DNA of 64,000 nt from a virus: the IMG/VR virus record IMGVR_UViG_3300043446_002688. One strand, written 5' to 3'. Below the pieces are notes generated by a model. It did not search any database and was not told where the DNA came from. It was given only the letters and a program-made list of their open reading frames with translations. Positions 31,082-41,982 of the stretch are shown here, one piece after another (within the stretch, counting starts at the first letter, position 1; every line of letters begins with the position of its first letter). A program made the position numbers and the translations under genes.

Positions 31082-31966
31082 ATGGCAACAAGTGTATACT
31101 TCAATAATTACAACGCTCTCAATGAGCAGAGGGTTGTGGAAGACTTAATTGTAGAATCAATTAAGATTATGGGTTCTGACGCCTTCTATCTTCCTAATGA
31201 CAATGATACTGCCAGAGATTTGTTGTATGGTGAAGATCCAGTTAAGAAATTCCAATCGGCATTTCCAATTGAATTCTATTTGTCTAGTGCTTTAGAGTAT
31301 AGTGGTGAAAGAGAATTCTTCTCCAAATTTGGCCTAGAAATTAAAAACAATGTTAATGTTATTATTTCTAAGCGTTCATTCTCCCAAAGAGTACCACAAA
31401 ATACATTCACAAGACCTCGTGAAGGTGATTTGATTTATGTTCCATTTCTAAATGGTACTGGTGAATTGTTTGAGATTAAGTTTGTGAATCAAACAAAAGA
31501 CTTCTTCACATTAGGTCGTAAGATACCATTCTTCTACGAAATCGAAATGGAGAAATTCAAGTATTCACAGGAAGTTATCGACACTGGTGTACCAGATATC
31601 GACATGATTGTGGACAATTCTGCTTATACCATCGACATGCAAATGCGTTCGGGTGGTATCGGCAACTATGAATACAAAGAAATAGTATATCATTCATCCG
31701 ATTTAACACTTGCAAACGCAACAGCTTTTGGTACAGTATCAGAATGGGTTGCAGACACAAGAGTTCTTTCAATCACAAACATTTCTGGTGAATTTGCAGC
31801 CAATAATTTGGTAATTGGCGCAACAAGTAATGCACGATTCAGATTGTCATCATATGATCCATTAGATGTAGAATTACACAATGAAAAATATGACAATCTG
31901 TATATAGAACAACAAGCAAATTCTATTATAGACTTTAGTGAAACTAATCCTTTTGGTGAAATTTAA
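31082..31966 (+). CDS. gp14: Neck protein gp14
   Basis: DLIVESIKIMG; RPREGDLIY; FSETNPFGE. Confidence 0.9.
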   Translation: MATSVYFNNYNALNEQRVVEDLIVESIKIMGSDAFYLPNDNDTARDLLYGEDPVKKFQSAFPIEFYLSSALEYSGEREFFSKFGLEIKNNVNVIISKRSFSQRVPQNTFTRPREGDLIYVPFLNGTGELFEIKFVNQTKDFFTLGRKIPFFYEIEMEKFKYSQEVIDTGVPDIDMIVDNSAYTIDMQMRSGGIGNYEYKEIVYHSSDLTLANATAFGTVSEWVADTRVLSITNISGEFAANNLVIGATSNARFRLSSYDPLDVELHNEKYDNLYIEQQANSIIDFSETNPFGEI

Positions 31967-32946
31967 TGGCAAACGTATTTTATAATCGAATCATTCGTAA
32001 AATGGTTGTAGGTTTTGGTAACCTATTCAACGAAATTACCATGGTTAGATATAACCCAGACAATACCGAATCGGAAAGATTTTTGGTGCCTATCACATAT
32101 GCACCTAAAGAACACTATGTTTTGCGTCTGGAAGAAGATTATAATCTAGATAAAAAAGTTCAAATGACTTTACCTAGGTTGTCTTTTGAAATGATGGGTC
32201 TAACATATGATCCTTCAAGAAAACAAAACACAAACATCAGAAACTATGCACAAACAGCCACTGGTGTAAAAGGTCAATATACTCCTGTTCCATACAATTT
32301 TGATTTCAACCTATATTTGTATATCAGAAATATTGAAGATGGTACACAAGTCATTGAACACATTTTACCATACTTCACACCAGACTATACAATCAAACTG
32401 AATTTGATTCCAGAAATGGGAATCGTAAAAGAAGTTCCTGTTATTCTCAATAGTGCAACACATGACACTCAATATGAAGGCAACAGAGAATCTGATCCTA
32501 GATTAATTATTTGGACATTAAATTTTACCGTTAAAGGTTTTGTTTATGGTCCAGTAACAGATACAAATGTTATTAAAAATTCTATCACTAATATATTAGA
32601 ACAAATTACCAGTGAAGATGAAGTTAGATTCTCAATGAATCCCACAACAGGAACTGGTGACTATAAGATAGGCGAGTTGGTGTATCAAGGGTTTAGTTCT
32701 ACAAATTCAACCGCATCAGCAAAAGTAACCGGTTGGTCAAACAATAAATTAAGTCTTGTGAACATAGATGGTAATTTCATTTCATCGCAACCAATATATG
32801 GTTACACGACAAATGCAAATTACAGATTTACATCTTATAATGTAGAACCATCACAAAGAGTTACAATTGATATTGTTCCTGATCCATTAAATGCAAACGC
32901 TGCATCGCCTTGGACAGCCAACACAACAATAACCGAGTATAATTAA
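31966..32946 (+). CDS. gp15: Tail sheath terminator gp15
   Basis: FYNRIIRKMVVGFGNLFNEI; VPITYAPKE; LPRLSFEM; QILPYFTP-like motif (HILPYFTP). Confidence 0.9.
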   Translation: MANVFYNRIIRKMVVGFGNLFNEITMVRYNPDNTESERFLVPITYAPKEHYVLRLEEDYNLDKKVQMTLPRLSFEMMGLTYDPSRKQNTNIRNYAQTATGVKGQYTPVPYNFDFNLYLYIRNIEDGTQVIEHILPYFTPDYTIKLNLIPEMGIVKEVPVILNSATHDTQYEGNRESDPRLIIWTLNFTVKGFVYGPVTDTNVIKNSITNILEQITSEDEVRFSMNPTTGTGDYKIGELVYQGFSSTNSTASAKVTGWSNNKLSLVNIDGNFISSQPIYGYTTNANYRFTSYNVEPSQRVTIDIVPDPLNANAASPWTANTTITEYN

Positions 32947-32957
32947 TCTTAAACAAC

Positions 32958-33374
32958 ATGAATACATTTGACAAAAACATGGAAAAACTTTTTGATGTAA
33001 CTCCTGTTGAACAGGAATCAAAACCATTGCTACCGGTTATCAATAACACACCGGTGGATGGTCCAGACCTAAAGAACGACCTGGCAGATGCCTATGAACA
33101 AACCAAGTCCAACTTACAAGATTTAATAGATAATGGCAAAGATGCAATGGAAGAATTGCGTCAAATTGCCAGTGCAGGTCAACACCCAAGAGCATTTGAA
33201 GTTTATGCCACTTTATTAAAGAATGTGGTAGATGCCAACAAAGAACTTCTGGCAGTACAAAAACAAATGCGTACCATGGACGGCAAACAACAAAATGGTG
33301 ATACACGAATTGATAAAGCTGTTATCTTTAATGGTTCCACCGCAGAGTTGAACAAGTTACTCAAAGGTAAATAA
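32958..33374 (+). CDS. gp16: Terminase small subunit gp16
   Basis: HPRAFEV; FNGSTAELNKLL; directly before the large terminase. Confidence 0.85.
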   Translation: MNTFDKNMEKLFDVTPVEQESKPLLPVINNTPVDGPDLKNDLADAYEQTKSNLQDLIDNGKDAMEELRQIASAGQHPRAFEVYATLLKNVVDANKELLAVQKQMRTMDGKQQNGDTRIDKAVIFNGSTAELNKLLKGK

Positions 33375-35077
33375 TGATTGATGATGATGACGATTATACT
33401 TTAGACGCCAAGGATTCATATAGAGATAACCCTTTATTAAAAAAAGTTGGCGTCAAGGTCGAATGGACCAAAGAAACAATTGAAGAATATAAAAGATGTG
33501 CAAATGATCCAGTATACTTTGCAGAGAACTATGTAACGATTGTTAACGTTGATGTGGGTCTGATGAAGTTTAAGATGTGGCCTTTTCAAAAGGAAATGAT
33601 TCGCACCTACCATGAAAACAGATTCTCAATCACCAAATGTCCTCGTCAGGTTGGTAAGACTACCACCTCAGTTGCATACCTTCTTTGGTTGACATTATTC
33701 ACAGACCAACAAAACGTTGCCGTTCTTGCTAACAAGGGTTCACTAGCTCGTGACATTCTTGGTAAATATCAACTTGCGTATGAAAACTTACCTATGTGGT
33801 TACAACAAGGTATTGTGGTATGGAACAAGGGTAATGTGGAACTAGAGAACGGTTCTAAGATTGTTGCAGCTTCTACCTCATCATCCGCAGTTCGTGGTGG
33901 TTCATTTAACTTGGTATTCTTGGACGAATTTGCGTTCGTTCCAAACAACATTGCTGAAGAATTCTTCAACTCAGTATACCCTGTTATTTCATCTGGTAAA
34001 ACTTCCAAGATTATTATCGTGTCTACACCGAACGGTATGAATCTGTTTTACAAGTTGTGGATGGATGCCATTCACAAAAAGAACAACTATAGGACCTTTG
34101 AAATTCACTGGTCTATGGTACCAGGTCGTGATGAGGCATGGAAAGAAGAAACAATCCGTAACACAAGCGAACGCCAGTTTAGACAAGAATTTGAAACCGA
34201 GTTCTTGGGTTCATCCAATACTCTGGTTTCTGGTTACAAGTTACAGACAATCGCATATCGTGATCCTGTGGCGACACACGACTTGATGAAAATCTATGAA
34301 CATCCAGTCAAAGAAACCGATGGTGCAAAATCAGACCACTTGTATTGTATATGTGTTGATGTGTCTGAAGGTAAAAACTTGGACTGTTCTGCATTTCAAG
34401 TTATTGATATCTCACAAACACCATACAAACAAGTGGCAACTTATGCCAGTTCGTCAATCACACCTATTCTTTTCCCTACCGTCATCTACAACGCAGCCAG
34501 ATATTACAACGATGCGTATATTTTGGTAGAAATCAACAACAATCCACAGGTGGCAGACTCGTTACATGCAGACTTTGAGTATGAGAACCTATGGAAAGTA
34601 TACACAGGCAATAAGAAACCTCAACAACTGTCTGCCGGTTTTGCCCGTGGTATACAAATGGGACTGAAAATGTCGCCTCAAGTTAAGGCAATTGGTTGTT
34701 CTAACCTAAAGACTTTGATTGAAGGTGACAAATTAACCATCTGTGACTTTGATACATACTCAGAATTGACCACATTTGAACAACAAAAGAATTCATTTGC
34801 GGCGGCCTTAGGTGCCAACGATGATTTGGTAATGTCACTGGTTATTTTTGGATGGGTAACAACACAACAGTATTTCAAAGAAATTGTTAATCACGATATT
34901 CGTAAACAAATCCAATTGGAGACTATGAACCAAATGGACGATGAGGTTCTTCCTGCACCAATCATTGAAGATGGTTTGGAACATGACTTTGAAATACTTG
35001 ACGGTGATTTGTGGGAAGTTGCAAATGGTGGTGAAACCTATGCATCTTTCACTAGAAAAATGTTAGACAGGTTGTAA
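33374..35077 (+). CDS. gp17: Terminase large subunit gp17
   Basis: PRQVGKTT Walker A, LDEFAF Walker B, C-terminal nuclease domain (VDVSEG, DDLVMSL). Confidence 0.95.
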   Translation: MIDDDDDYTLDAKDSYRDNPLLKKVGVKVEWTKETIEEYKRCANDPVYFAENYVTIVNVDVGLMKFKMWPFQKEMIRTYHENRFSITKCPRQVGKTTTSVAYLLWLTLFTDQQNVAVLANKGSLARDILGKYQLAYENLPMWLQQGIVVWNKGNVELENGSKIVAASTSSSAVRGGSFNLVFLDEFAFVPNNIAEEFFNSVYPVISSGKTSKIIIVSTPNGMNLFYKLWMDAIHKKNNYRTFEIHWSMVPGRDEAWKEETIRNTSERQFRQEFETEFLGSSNTLVSGYKLQTIAYRDPVATHDLMKIYEHPVKETDGAKSDHLYCICVDVSEGKNLDCSAFQVIDISQTPYKQVATYASSSITPILFPTVIYNAARYYNDAYILVEINNNPQVADSLHADFEYENLWKVYTGNKKPQQLSAGFARGIQMGLKMSPQVKAIGCSNLKTLIEGDKLTICDFDTYSELTTFEQQKNSFAAALGANDDLVMSLVIFGWVTTQQYFKEIVNHDIRKQIQLETMNQMDDEVLPAPIIEDGLEHDFEILDGDLWEVANGGETYASFTRKMLDRL

Positions 35078-35088
35078 ATCCAGCCTTT

Positions 35089-35096
35089 CATAAATA
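35089..35096 (+). promoter_or_regulatory. Late promoter variant upstream of g18
   Basis: CATAAATA in the intergenic gap. Confidence 0.6.
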
Positions 35097-35148
35097 TCTC
35101 TATGGTATAAACTACCAGAAGAACACATAATAATTCAAGGAGAAAAAA

Positions 35149-36831
35149 ATGGCGTTTCAAATCTCTCCAGGCGTAAACGTTTCAGAAGTTGACCAAACTA
35201 CCGTTGTCCCTTCTGTCCTAACTACAGCTGGCGCATATGCAGGGGCATTCAAGTGGGGCCCAGCAGACACAATTACACAAGTTGATAATGAAATTACTTT
35301 AGTAAGTCGTTTTGGTAAACCAGATTCTAACACAGCAACATCATTCTTTACTGCTGCCAACTTCTTGGCATATGGTAACAATTTGAATATTGTTCGTGCA
35401 GTAGGTTCTACTTCAAAAAATGCAACAGGTTCAACCACAGTTTTAATTAAAAATAAAGATGTTTTTGAAGCATCTTACTTAAACAGAAATAATAGTGGTA
35501 CTTATGGCGCCTTTGTTGCTCGTTACCCAGGTGCATTAGGTAACTCATTGCAAGTTGCTGTTTGTGACAATTCAACACAATTTGCATCATGGGCATACAA
35601 ATCTTATTTCACATCTGCTCCAGGAACATCAACACAAATTAGTACAGCTGGCGGTTCAGCAGACGAAATGCACGTTGTTGTTATTGATGAAAATGGTTTG
35701 TTTACAGGTACAGCAGGTACTGTATTAGAAACATTTCCTTTTATTTCAAAAGCTTCTGACGCAGTTATCAATGGTGTTTCAAATTACTGGAAACAAGTTA
35801 TATTCAATAACTCAAAATATGTTTATGCGATGGATCCACCAGATTATGCAACACAAGTTGTTACATGGGGATTAACATCTTCAACAGCATTTACAACATT
35901 ACCAGCAGTAGAATTAATTTCTCTTGCAGGTGGTATTGATGCCTCACCAACAGAAGGTAATGTAGAATCCGCATACGATTTGTTTAACAACAAAGAAACT
36001 ATTGATATCTCTTTATTGTTGTCTGGTGGTCATGGTTCAAATGTACAAAACTATATTATCACAACAATTGCTGCTTCTCGTGCAGATTGTGTTGCTTTTG
36101 TATCTCCTCCATCTACAGCAGTTGTTAATAACGCAGGCAGCGAAACAACAAGCATTGCTTCTTGGTTGACTGCTTTGGCTACAACTTCTACATACGCAGT
36201 TGCAGATTCTGGTTACAAATATCAATACGACAAGTACAACAATGTATACCGTTGGATTCCATTGAACGGTGACATTGCTGGTCTATGTGTTTACACAGAC
36301 ACAGTTCGTGACCCATGGTTCTCACCAGCTGGTCTAAGTCGTGGTCAAATTAAAAACGCCATCAAGTTGGCATGGAATCCAAACAAAACTCAGCGTGACA
36401 CATTGTATGCCGCAGGTGTTAACCCTGTTGTATCATTCCCAGGTCAAGGTATCGTATTGTTTGGCGACAAGACATTGACAAACAAACCATCTGCATTTGA
36501 CCGTATTAATGTCCGTAGACTATTCTTGGTATTGGAAAAGGCAATTGCAACATCCGCTAAGTATTCATTGTTTGAACAAAACGATGAGTTCACTCGTGCT
36601 CAGTTTGTTTCTACTGTTACTCCATTCTTGCGTGATGTTCAAGGTCGCCGTGGTATCACAGATTTCAAAGTGGTATGCGATACAACCAATAACACAGCAC
36701 AAGTTATAGATTCCAACCAATTTGTTGGTGACATTTATATTAAGCCTTCTCGTTCAGTCAACTTCATCCAATTGAACTTTGTTGCTGTTGGAACTGGTGT
36801 AGACTTCAATACCATCGTTGGTGTGGCTTAA
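35149..36831 (+). CDS. gp18: Tail sheath protein gp18
   Basis: SPGVNVSE; WFSPAG; GDKT; RINVRRLF; IKPSRSVNFIQLNF. Confidence 0.95.
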   Translation: MAFQISPGVNVSEVDQTTVVPSVLTTAGAYAGAFKWGPADTITQVDNEITLVSRFGKPDSNTATSFFTAANFLAYGNNLNIVRAVGSTSKNATGSTTVLIKNKDVFEASYLNRNNSGTYGAFVARYPGALGNSLQVAVCDNSTQFASWAYKSYFTSAPGTSTQISTAGGSADEMHVVVIDENGLFTGTAGTVLETFPFISKASDAVINGVSNYWKQVIFNNSKYVYAMDPPDYATQVVTWGLTSSTAFTTLPAVELISLAGGIDASPTEGNVESAYDLFNNKETIDISLLLSGGHGSNVQNYIITTIAASRADCVAFVSPPSTAVVNNAGSETTSIASWLTALATTSTYAVADSGYKYQYDKYNNVYRWIPLNGDIAGLCVYTDTVRDPWFSPAGLSRGQIKNAIKLAWNPNKTQRDTLYAAGVNPVVSFPGQGIVLFGDKTLTNKPSAFDRINVRRLFLVLEKAIATSAKYSLFEQNDEFTRAQFVSTVTPFLRDVQGRRGITDFKVVCDTTNNTAQVIDSNQFVGDIYIKPSRSVNFIQLNFVAVGTGVDFNTIVGVA

Positions 36832-36858
36832 TAAATAAATCATAACTAGGAGATTACA

Positions 36859-37401
36859 ATGGCATTTAACGTAGCAGAATTTAGAGCGAACATGGTTGGT
36901 GACGGTGCCCGTCCCAATCTGTTTCAAGTCTCTCTAACATTCCCAGCATTAGTTGCAAACGGTGTTGCTGCTAGCCAAAAGGCAACTTTTATGGCTAAAG
37001 CTGCACAACTACCAGGTTCAACCGTAGGTATGGTTTCAGTACCATACTTTGGTCGTGAACTGAAGTTCGCAGGTAACAGAACATTCCCAGACTGGACAAT
37101 TACAGTCATCAACGATGAAGATTTTACAATTAGAAATACTATCGAATCTTGGATGAACGCAGTTAACAGTCACGCAGGTAATGTTCGTGATGGCGCCGCA
37201 ATCAATCCATCCAGTTATTCTGTTGATGCTGAAGTTATTCAGTACGGCAAAACTGGAAATGAATTGAAGCGTTACACGTTTGTAGGTTTGTTCCCTGTTG
37301 ATTTGGCACCAATTGATTTGGATTGGGGTTCAAATGACACAATCGAAGAATTCGCTGTGACATTTGCTTATCAATACTGGCAAACTGAAACAACAACTTA
37401 A
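36859..37401 (+). CDS. gp19: Tail tube protein gp19
   Basis: GARPNLF; PYFGRELKFAGNRTFPDWTITV; IEEFAVTFAYQYW. Confidence 0.95.
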   Translation: MAFNVAEFRANMVGDGARPNLFQVSLTFPALVANGVAASQKATFMAKAAQLPGSTVGMVSVPYFGRELKFAGNRTFPDWTITVINDEDFTIRNTIESWMNAVNSHAGNVRDGAAINPSSYSVDAEVIQYGKTGNELKRYTFVGLFPVDLAPIDLDWGSNDTIEEFAVTFAYQYWQTETTT

Positions 37402-37411
37402 TGACTTATAT

Positions 37412-37434
37412 GGAGGACTTCGGTCCTCCTTTTA
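37412..37434 (+). terminator. Intrinsic terminator after g19
   Basis: GGAGGAC-TTCG-GTCCTCC followed by TTTT. Confidence 0.85.
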
Positions 37435-37466
37435 TGTTTTCTTGATTTTATTATTATCTAAAAAAT

Positions 37467-39212
37467 ATGGCAACACCTAATAAATTTTCACTTTTCGGTT
37501 TTACAATTTCTCGTCAGAAAGATGAGGAAGAACAAACAAACCAACAATCGTTTACGCCTCCCGCACAGGAAGACGGCGCATTAACTATCACATCTGCCGC
37601 TTATTACGGCACATATGTAGACTTAGACGGTACAGCTAAGAATGAGGTTGAATTAATTTCTCGTTACCGTGAAATGGCAATGCAACCAGAAATTGAGTCA
37701 GCGATAGATGACATAGTTAATGAAGCCATTTGTCAAGACGATGACGGCAAAATAATTGAGATTGTACTGGACAATTTAAAACAACCAGAAAAAATTAAGA
37801 ATGCTATTAAGGCGGAGTTCCAAACCATTCTAAGAATGATGAACTACAACAATATGGCACAAGATATCTTCCGTAGATTCTATGTTGATGGTCGTTTATT
37901 CTATCATATGATTATTGACCGTGAGAAACCACAAGAAGGTATCAAAGAATTGCGTTATGTGGATCCACGCCGTTTGCGTAAAGTGCGTGAGATTAAGAAA
38001 CAAAAAGATGAACGCACAGGCGCAGAAGTAATGAAAACTGTAAATGAGTATTACATTTACAACGACAAAGTGGTAACTGCATCTTCATCCAATTTTGGTC
38101 CTGTTGGTGTTCGTATCACAACAGATTCAATCGTCAATGTTGTTTCTGGTTTGATGGATTCTCGCAGAGCTGTTGTGTTGAGTTACCTACACAAGGCAAT
38201 TAAACCACTCAACCAGTTGCGTATGATTGAAGATGCGACAGTTATCTATCGTATCTCTCGTGCACCAGAACGCCGTATTTTCTACATTGATGTTGGTAAC
38301 TTACCAAAATTAAAAGCAGAACAATATCTCCGTGATATCATGGTCAAGTACAAGAACAAGTTGGTATATGATGCCAACACAGGTGAAGTCCGTGATGACC
38401 GTAAATTCATGTCTATGATGGAAGACTTCTGGTTACCTCGCCGTGAAGGTGGCAAGGGTACAGAAATCACCACACTACCAGGTGGACAGAACCTAGGTGA
38501 GTTGGAAGATGTTAAATATTTTGAAAAGAAACTATACAAAGCTCTTTGCGTTCCTATCTCCAGATTGAATCCTGAGACTTCTGGTTTCTCTTTAGGTCGT
38601 ACAGGTGAAATCACCCGTGACGAACTGAAGTTCTCCAAGTTTGTTGACCGTCTACGCAACAAGTTCTCTGAGGTATTTGACCAAGCATTGCGTGTGCAAT
38701 GTGTATTGAAAGGTATTTGTACAGCAGAAGAATGGGACTTGTTCAAAGAAAACATTCACTATGACTTCATCAAAGACAACAACTTCTCTGAACTAAAAGA
38801 TGCAGAGTTGATGACCAATCGTTTACAATTGTTGGGTGCAGTTGACCCATATACAGGTCGTTATTTCTCTCAAGCATGGATTCAGCGTAATGTATTGCGT
38901 ATGAACGATGATGAAATTGCTCAGATGGAAGATGAAATCGAACAAGAAAAGGCAGAAGGTAACGGATTGCCAGTTGAAGTAACCAACCAAGTTGCACAAG
39001 CACAAATGGTAGGTCAAGTTGATGCAGAGAACCAAGTTGCTATGGCACAAGCTATGCCGCAAGATCCTGCACAATCCGGTGGCGGTTCTTCATCTTCTTC
39101 AAGTACAAGTTCTAAACCAAAAGAAAAATCAAAATCAGAATCAAGCAGTGTTAAAGGTGATTTGAGTCTGAAAGAAGATAATACATTTACCAAATTGAAG
39201 CGAATACTATAA
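37467..39212 (+). CDS. gp20: Portal protein gp20
   Basis: LHKAIKPLNQLRMIEDA; IYRISRAPERRIFYIDVG; EDFWLPRREGGKGTEI. Confidence 0.95.
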   Translation: MATPNKFSLFGFTISRQKDEEEQTNQQSFTPPAQEDGALTITSAAYYGTYVDLDGTAKNEVELISRYREMAMQPEIESAIDDIVNEAICQDDDGKIIEIVLDNLKQPEKIKNAIKAEFQTILRMMNYNNMAQDIFRRFYVDGRLFYHMIIDREKPQEGIKELRYVDPRRLRKVREIKKQKDERTGAEVMKTVNEYYIYNDKVVTASSSNFGPVGVRITTDSIVNVVSGLMDSRRAVVLSYLHKAIKPLNQLRMIEDATVIYRISRAPERRIFYIDVGNLPKLKAEQYLRDIMVKYKNKLVYDANTGEVRDDRKFMSMMEDFWLPRREGGKGTEITTLPGGQNLGELEDVKYFEKKLYKALCVPISRLNPETSGFSLGRTGEITRDELKFSKFVDRLRNKFSEVFDQALRVQCVLKGICTAEEWDLFKENIHYDFIKDNNFSELKDAELMTNRLQLLGAVDPYTGRYFSQAWIQRNVLRMNDDEIAQMEDEIEQEKAEGNGLPVEVTNQVAQAQMVGQVDAENQVAMAQAMPQDPAQSGGGSSSSSSTSSKPKEKSKSESSSVKGDLSLKEDNTFTKLKRIL

Positions 39213-39215
39213 ATA
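39208..39215 (+). promoter_or_regulatory. T4-type late promoter after g20
   Basis: TATAAATA. Confidence 0.7.
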
Positions 39216-39233
39216 TTTCATTAGGAGAAAATT

Positions 39234-39428
39234 ATGACAACAAGACAAATCATCGACTACGCAGAAAACGACCAAGCACTAGAAATGCGTAATGCTTTCT
39301 ATTCAGCTTTGCAAGACAAAGTTATGGCACATATTGAAGCAAAGAAAATGGAAGTTGCAAAAACTATGTTTAATCAGCCTGATCCAATGGCAACTGCTGA
39401 TGATGTAGCAATTACACAAGCACAATAA
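39234..39428 (+). CDS. Small head-core protein (gp67-like position)
   Basis: Strong RBS (aggag); follows a TATAAATA late promoter; synteny. Confidence 0.5.
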   Translation: MTTRQIIDYAENDQALEMRNAFYSALQDKVMAHIEAKKMEVAKTMFNQPDPMATADDVAITQAQ

Positions 39429-39440
39429 TAGGAAAAAATA

Positions 39441-39968
39441 ATGGCAAACTCATACGAATATCAAGTCATTAAAGACACCACAGAACATACTGTTATTAAG
39501 TTAACAGCATCTTTTGACGGTACAGGACAAGAAGCAAACGTAGTTCGTATTCAAGCAAACACACTTTACGGCGCATTAGCAACTAATGGTTATCTTGTTG
39601 CAAACAACCAAGGTGGTTCAGCAAATACAACATTGGGTTATTACGGACTAGCAATCAACCGTGTATGGTATGATTGTTCAGTAACAGGTGATGTCCAATT
39701 AACATGGAACGCAGCAACACCTAAAACTATCATGTTCTTAAACGGCAACGGAGAATTTGATGGTATGGGTAACTGGACAACCATTCCAAATAACGCAGCG
39801 GGTACAACAGGTTGCAAGGGTGATATTGGTGTAGTAACAAGAGGTATGGTATCTGGCGATAGTTACACAATTATACTGGAACTACGCAAAGACAATGCAT
39901 ACTACCAACGTGGTCAGTTCAATGATCCTGCAGCATTCAACTACGCTCCATATAACATTCGTCCATAA
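39441..39968 (+). CDS. Conserved hypothetical head-region protein (gp68-like position)
   Basis: Synteny between portal and prohead protease. Confidence 0.45.
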   Translation: MANSYEYQVIKDTTEHTVIKLTASFDGTGQEANVVRIQANTLYGALATNGYLVANNQGGSANTTLGYYGLAINRVWYDCSVTGDVQLTWNAATPKTIMFLNGNGEFDGMGNWTTIPNNAAGTTGCKGDIGVVTRGMVSGDSYTIILELRKDNAYYQRGQFNDPAAFNYAPYNIRP

Positions 39969-39976
39969 GGTAACCT

Positions 39977-40621
39977 ATGAAACTCATTAAAGAACTTGTT
40001 GAGAATGTAAATTACTTAACAGAAGAAAAAGACGGAAAGAAAACCCTATACATTGAGGGTCCTTTCCTTGTTGCAGAAGCTGTTAACCGCAACAAACGCA
40101 TGTACAAAGAAGAAACAATGCGTAATGAAGTTGCTCGTTATACAGAAGAATATGTATCTAAAAATCGTGCCTTTGGTGAACTGGGACACCCAGATACACC
40201 TTCCATCAACTTAGACCGTGTGTCACATTTAATTGTTGGCCTGCGTCAAGAAGGTAATGCATGGATAGGCAAAGCTAAAATTCTTGAAACACCAATGGGC
40301 AATATTGCCAGAAACCTAATCGAAGGTGGTGCTCAACTCGGCGTGTCATCACGTGGTATGGGTTCACTAAAGATGGAGAATGGCATCAACGTTGTTCAAG
40401 GAGACTTTCATCTGGCCACAGCGGCAGATATTGTAGCAGACCCTTCTGCACCAGGCGCTTTCGTGCAAGGTATTATGGAAGGTAAAGAATGGGTGATGGT
40501 AAATGGTATTTGGACTGAACAACAGTTTGAAGAAGCAAAGACACAAGTTCGTCAAGCTTCTCGTAAAGAAATTGAATCAGTAAGTCTGAAGATATTTGAA
40601 AACCTCATCAAAAAACTTTAA
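39977..40621 (+). CDS. gp21: Prohead core protease gp21
   Basis: AFGELGHPD; GVSSRGMGS; ADIVADPSAPGAFV. Confidence 0.95.
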   Translation: MKLIKELVENVNYLTEEKDGKKTLYIEGPFLVAEAVNRNKRMYKEETMRNEVARYTEEYVSKNRAFGELGHPDTPSINLDRVSHLIVGLRQEGNAWIGKAKILETPMGNIARNLIEGGAQLGVSSRGMGSLKMENGINVVQGDFHLATAADIVADPSAPGAFVQGIMEGKEWVMVNGIWTEQQFEEAKTQVRQASRKEIESVSLKIFENLIKKL

Positions 40622-40622
40622 T

Positions 40623-40630
40623 TATAAATA
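40623..40630 (+). promoter_or_regulatory. T4-type late promoter upstream of g22
   Basis: TATAAATA. Confidence 0.75.
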
Positions 40631-40660
40631 TCCAATATAAAAATCAAGGAGATTCTCAAA

Positions 40661-41938
40661 ATGGGAAAATTTAATCTGACAGACGCCGCTAAAGCAATTT
40701 TGACAGAAGGTGCAAAAGAAACTTTCGATTCCAACATTGCATCTAAGAAAAGCGGTCAAGATGGTCCACAAAAACTACCTACATCAGTTGCATATGGCAC
40801 AAAAGATGCTGGTGAAGTTGCTGACGTTGTTGATAAGAAAGATGACGATAAGCCAGACTATACAAAAGGTGCACCAACAGCAACACCTCCAGGCGCAACA
40901 CCACCAGTTGGCGCACAACCAGGTGCTAAGTTGTCTGGTCCAGCAGAAACACAAGGTTCTGAACACGCTGTTTCTCAAGCAGAACCAACATCATACGAAA
41001 ACATTCGTGACCGTGTTAAGGCTAAATTAGCACAACAAACATTCCACGCCAACCCAGGTGCCACATTCCAATCTTATGCTGAAGAAAAAGTAGAAGATGA
41101 GTCTGTTGTATCTGAAGAAAAAGATGAAGGTCACGAAGACGCAGCCGAAGATAAGAAAATGATTAAGGCTATGTTGAAGAAACAAAAAATGAAAGAAGAT
41201 ATGGACGCAGACGTTTCTGCTCTATTGTCTGGTGAAGAATTATCAGAAGATTTCAAAGAAAAGGCATCTACAATTTTTGAAGCTGCCGTTATTGCCCGTA
41301 CACAAGCAATGATGGAAGAAGTTGAAGAAGCTTTGTTTGAAGAATTTGAATTAGCCGTTGAAGAAGTTAAGAACGACTTGTCTGCCAAGTTGGATGACTA
41401 CATCGGTTACATGGCAGAAGAATGGGTTAAAGAAAACACATTGGCAATCGAAAAAGGTCTACGTGCTGAAATCGTAGAAGAATTCATTGCTGGTTTGAAG
41501 AACTTGTTCGTTGAACACTACATTGATATCCCAGAAGAAAAAGTGGATGTCGTAGAAGAATTGACAAACAAAGTTGAAGAATTGGAAGCTCAAATCAATG
41601 AAGAAATCCAATCTGCCGTTGAATTACGCAAAGAATTGAACGAACACAAAAAGAATGAGGCGATCCATGCAGTATGTGAAGGCCTAACGCAGACACAGGT
41701 AGAAAAAATGAAGTCACTTGCAGAGAGTGTTGAGTTTACTACCGATGAAGAATTTGCAGACAAACTGGTAACATTGAGAACATCGTATTTCACTGAAGCC
41801 GTTAAAGCTGCTGACAGTTCTGCATTGAATGAGGAAGTACAAATCGAAGAAGATAAACCAGAAGTTAAGACAACTGCTTCTGCTGATCCTTTGATTAATG
41901 CTGCCGCATCAGCAATCTCAAAATCTGTGGTAAAATAA
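40661..41938 (+). CDS. gp22: Prohead core scaffold gp22 with long N-terminal extension
   Basis: Acidic coiled coil; FKEKASTIFEAAV; YMAEEWVKEN.LAIEKGLR. Confidence 0.85.
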   Translation: MGKFNLTDAAKAILTEGAKETFDSNIASKKSGQDGPQKLPTSVAYGTKDAGEVADVVDKKDDDKPDYTKGAPTATPPGATPPVGAQPGAKLSGPAETQGSEHAVSQAEPTSYENIRDRVKAKLAQQTFHANPGATFQSYAEEKVEDESVVSEEKDEGHEDAAEDKKMIKAMLKKQKMKEDMDADVSALLSGEELSEDFKEKASTIFEAAVIARTQAMMEEVEEALFEEFELAVEEVKNDLSAKLDDYIGYMAEEWVKENTLAIEKGLRAEIVEEFIAGLKNLFVEHYIDIPEEKVDVVEELTNKVEELEAQINEEIQSAVELRKELNEHKKNEAIHAVCEGLTQTQVEKMKSLAESVEFTTDEEFADKLVTLRTSYFTEAVKAADSSALNEEVQIEEDKPEVKTTASADPLINAAASAISKSVVK

Positions 41939-41982
41939 ATAAAAATTACCGAATCTAAAAGAAACTAACAAGGAGAAAACTA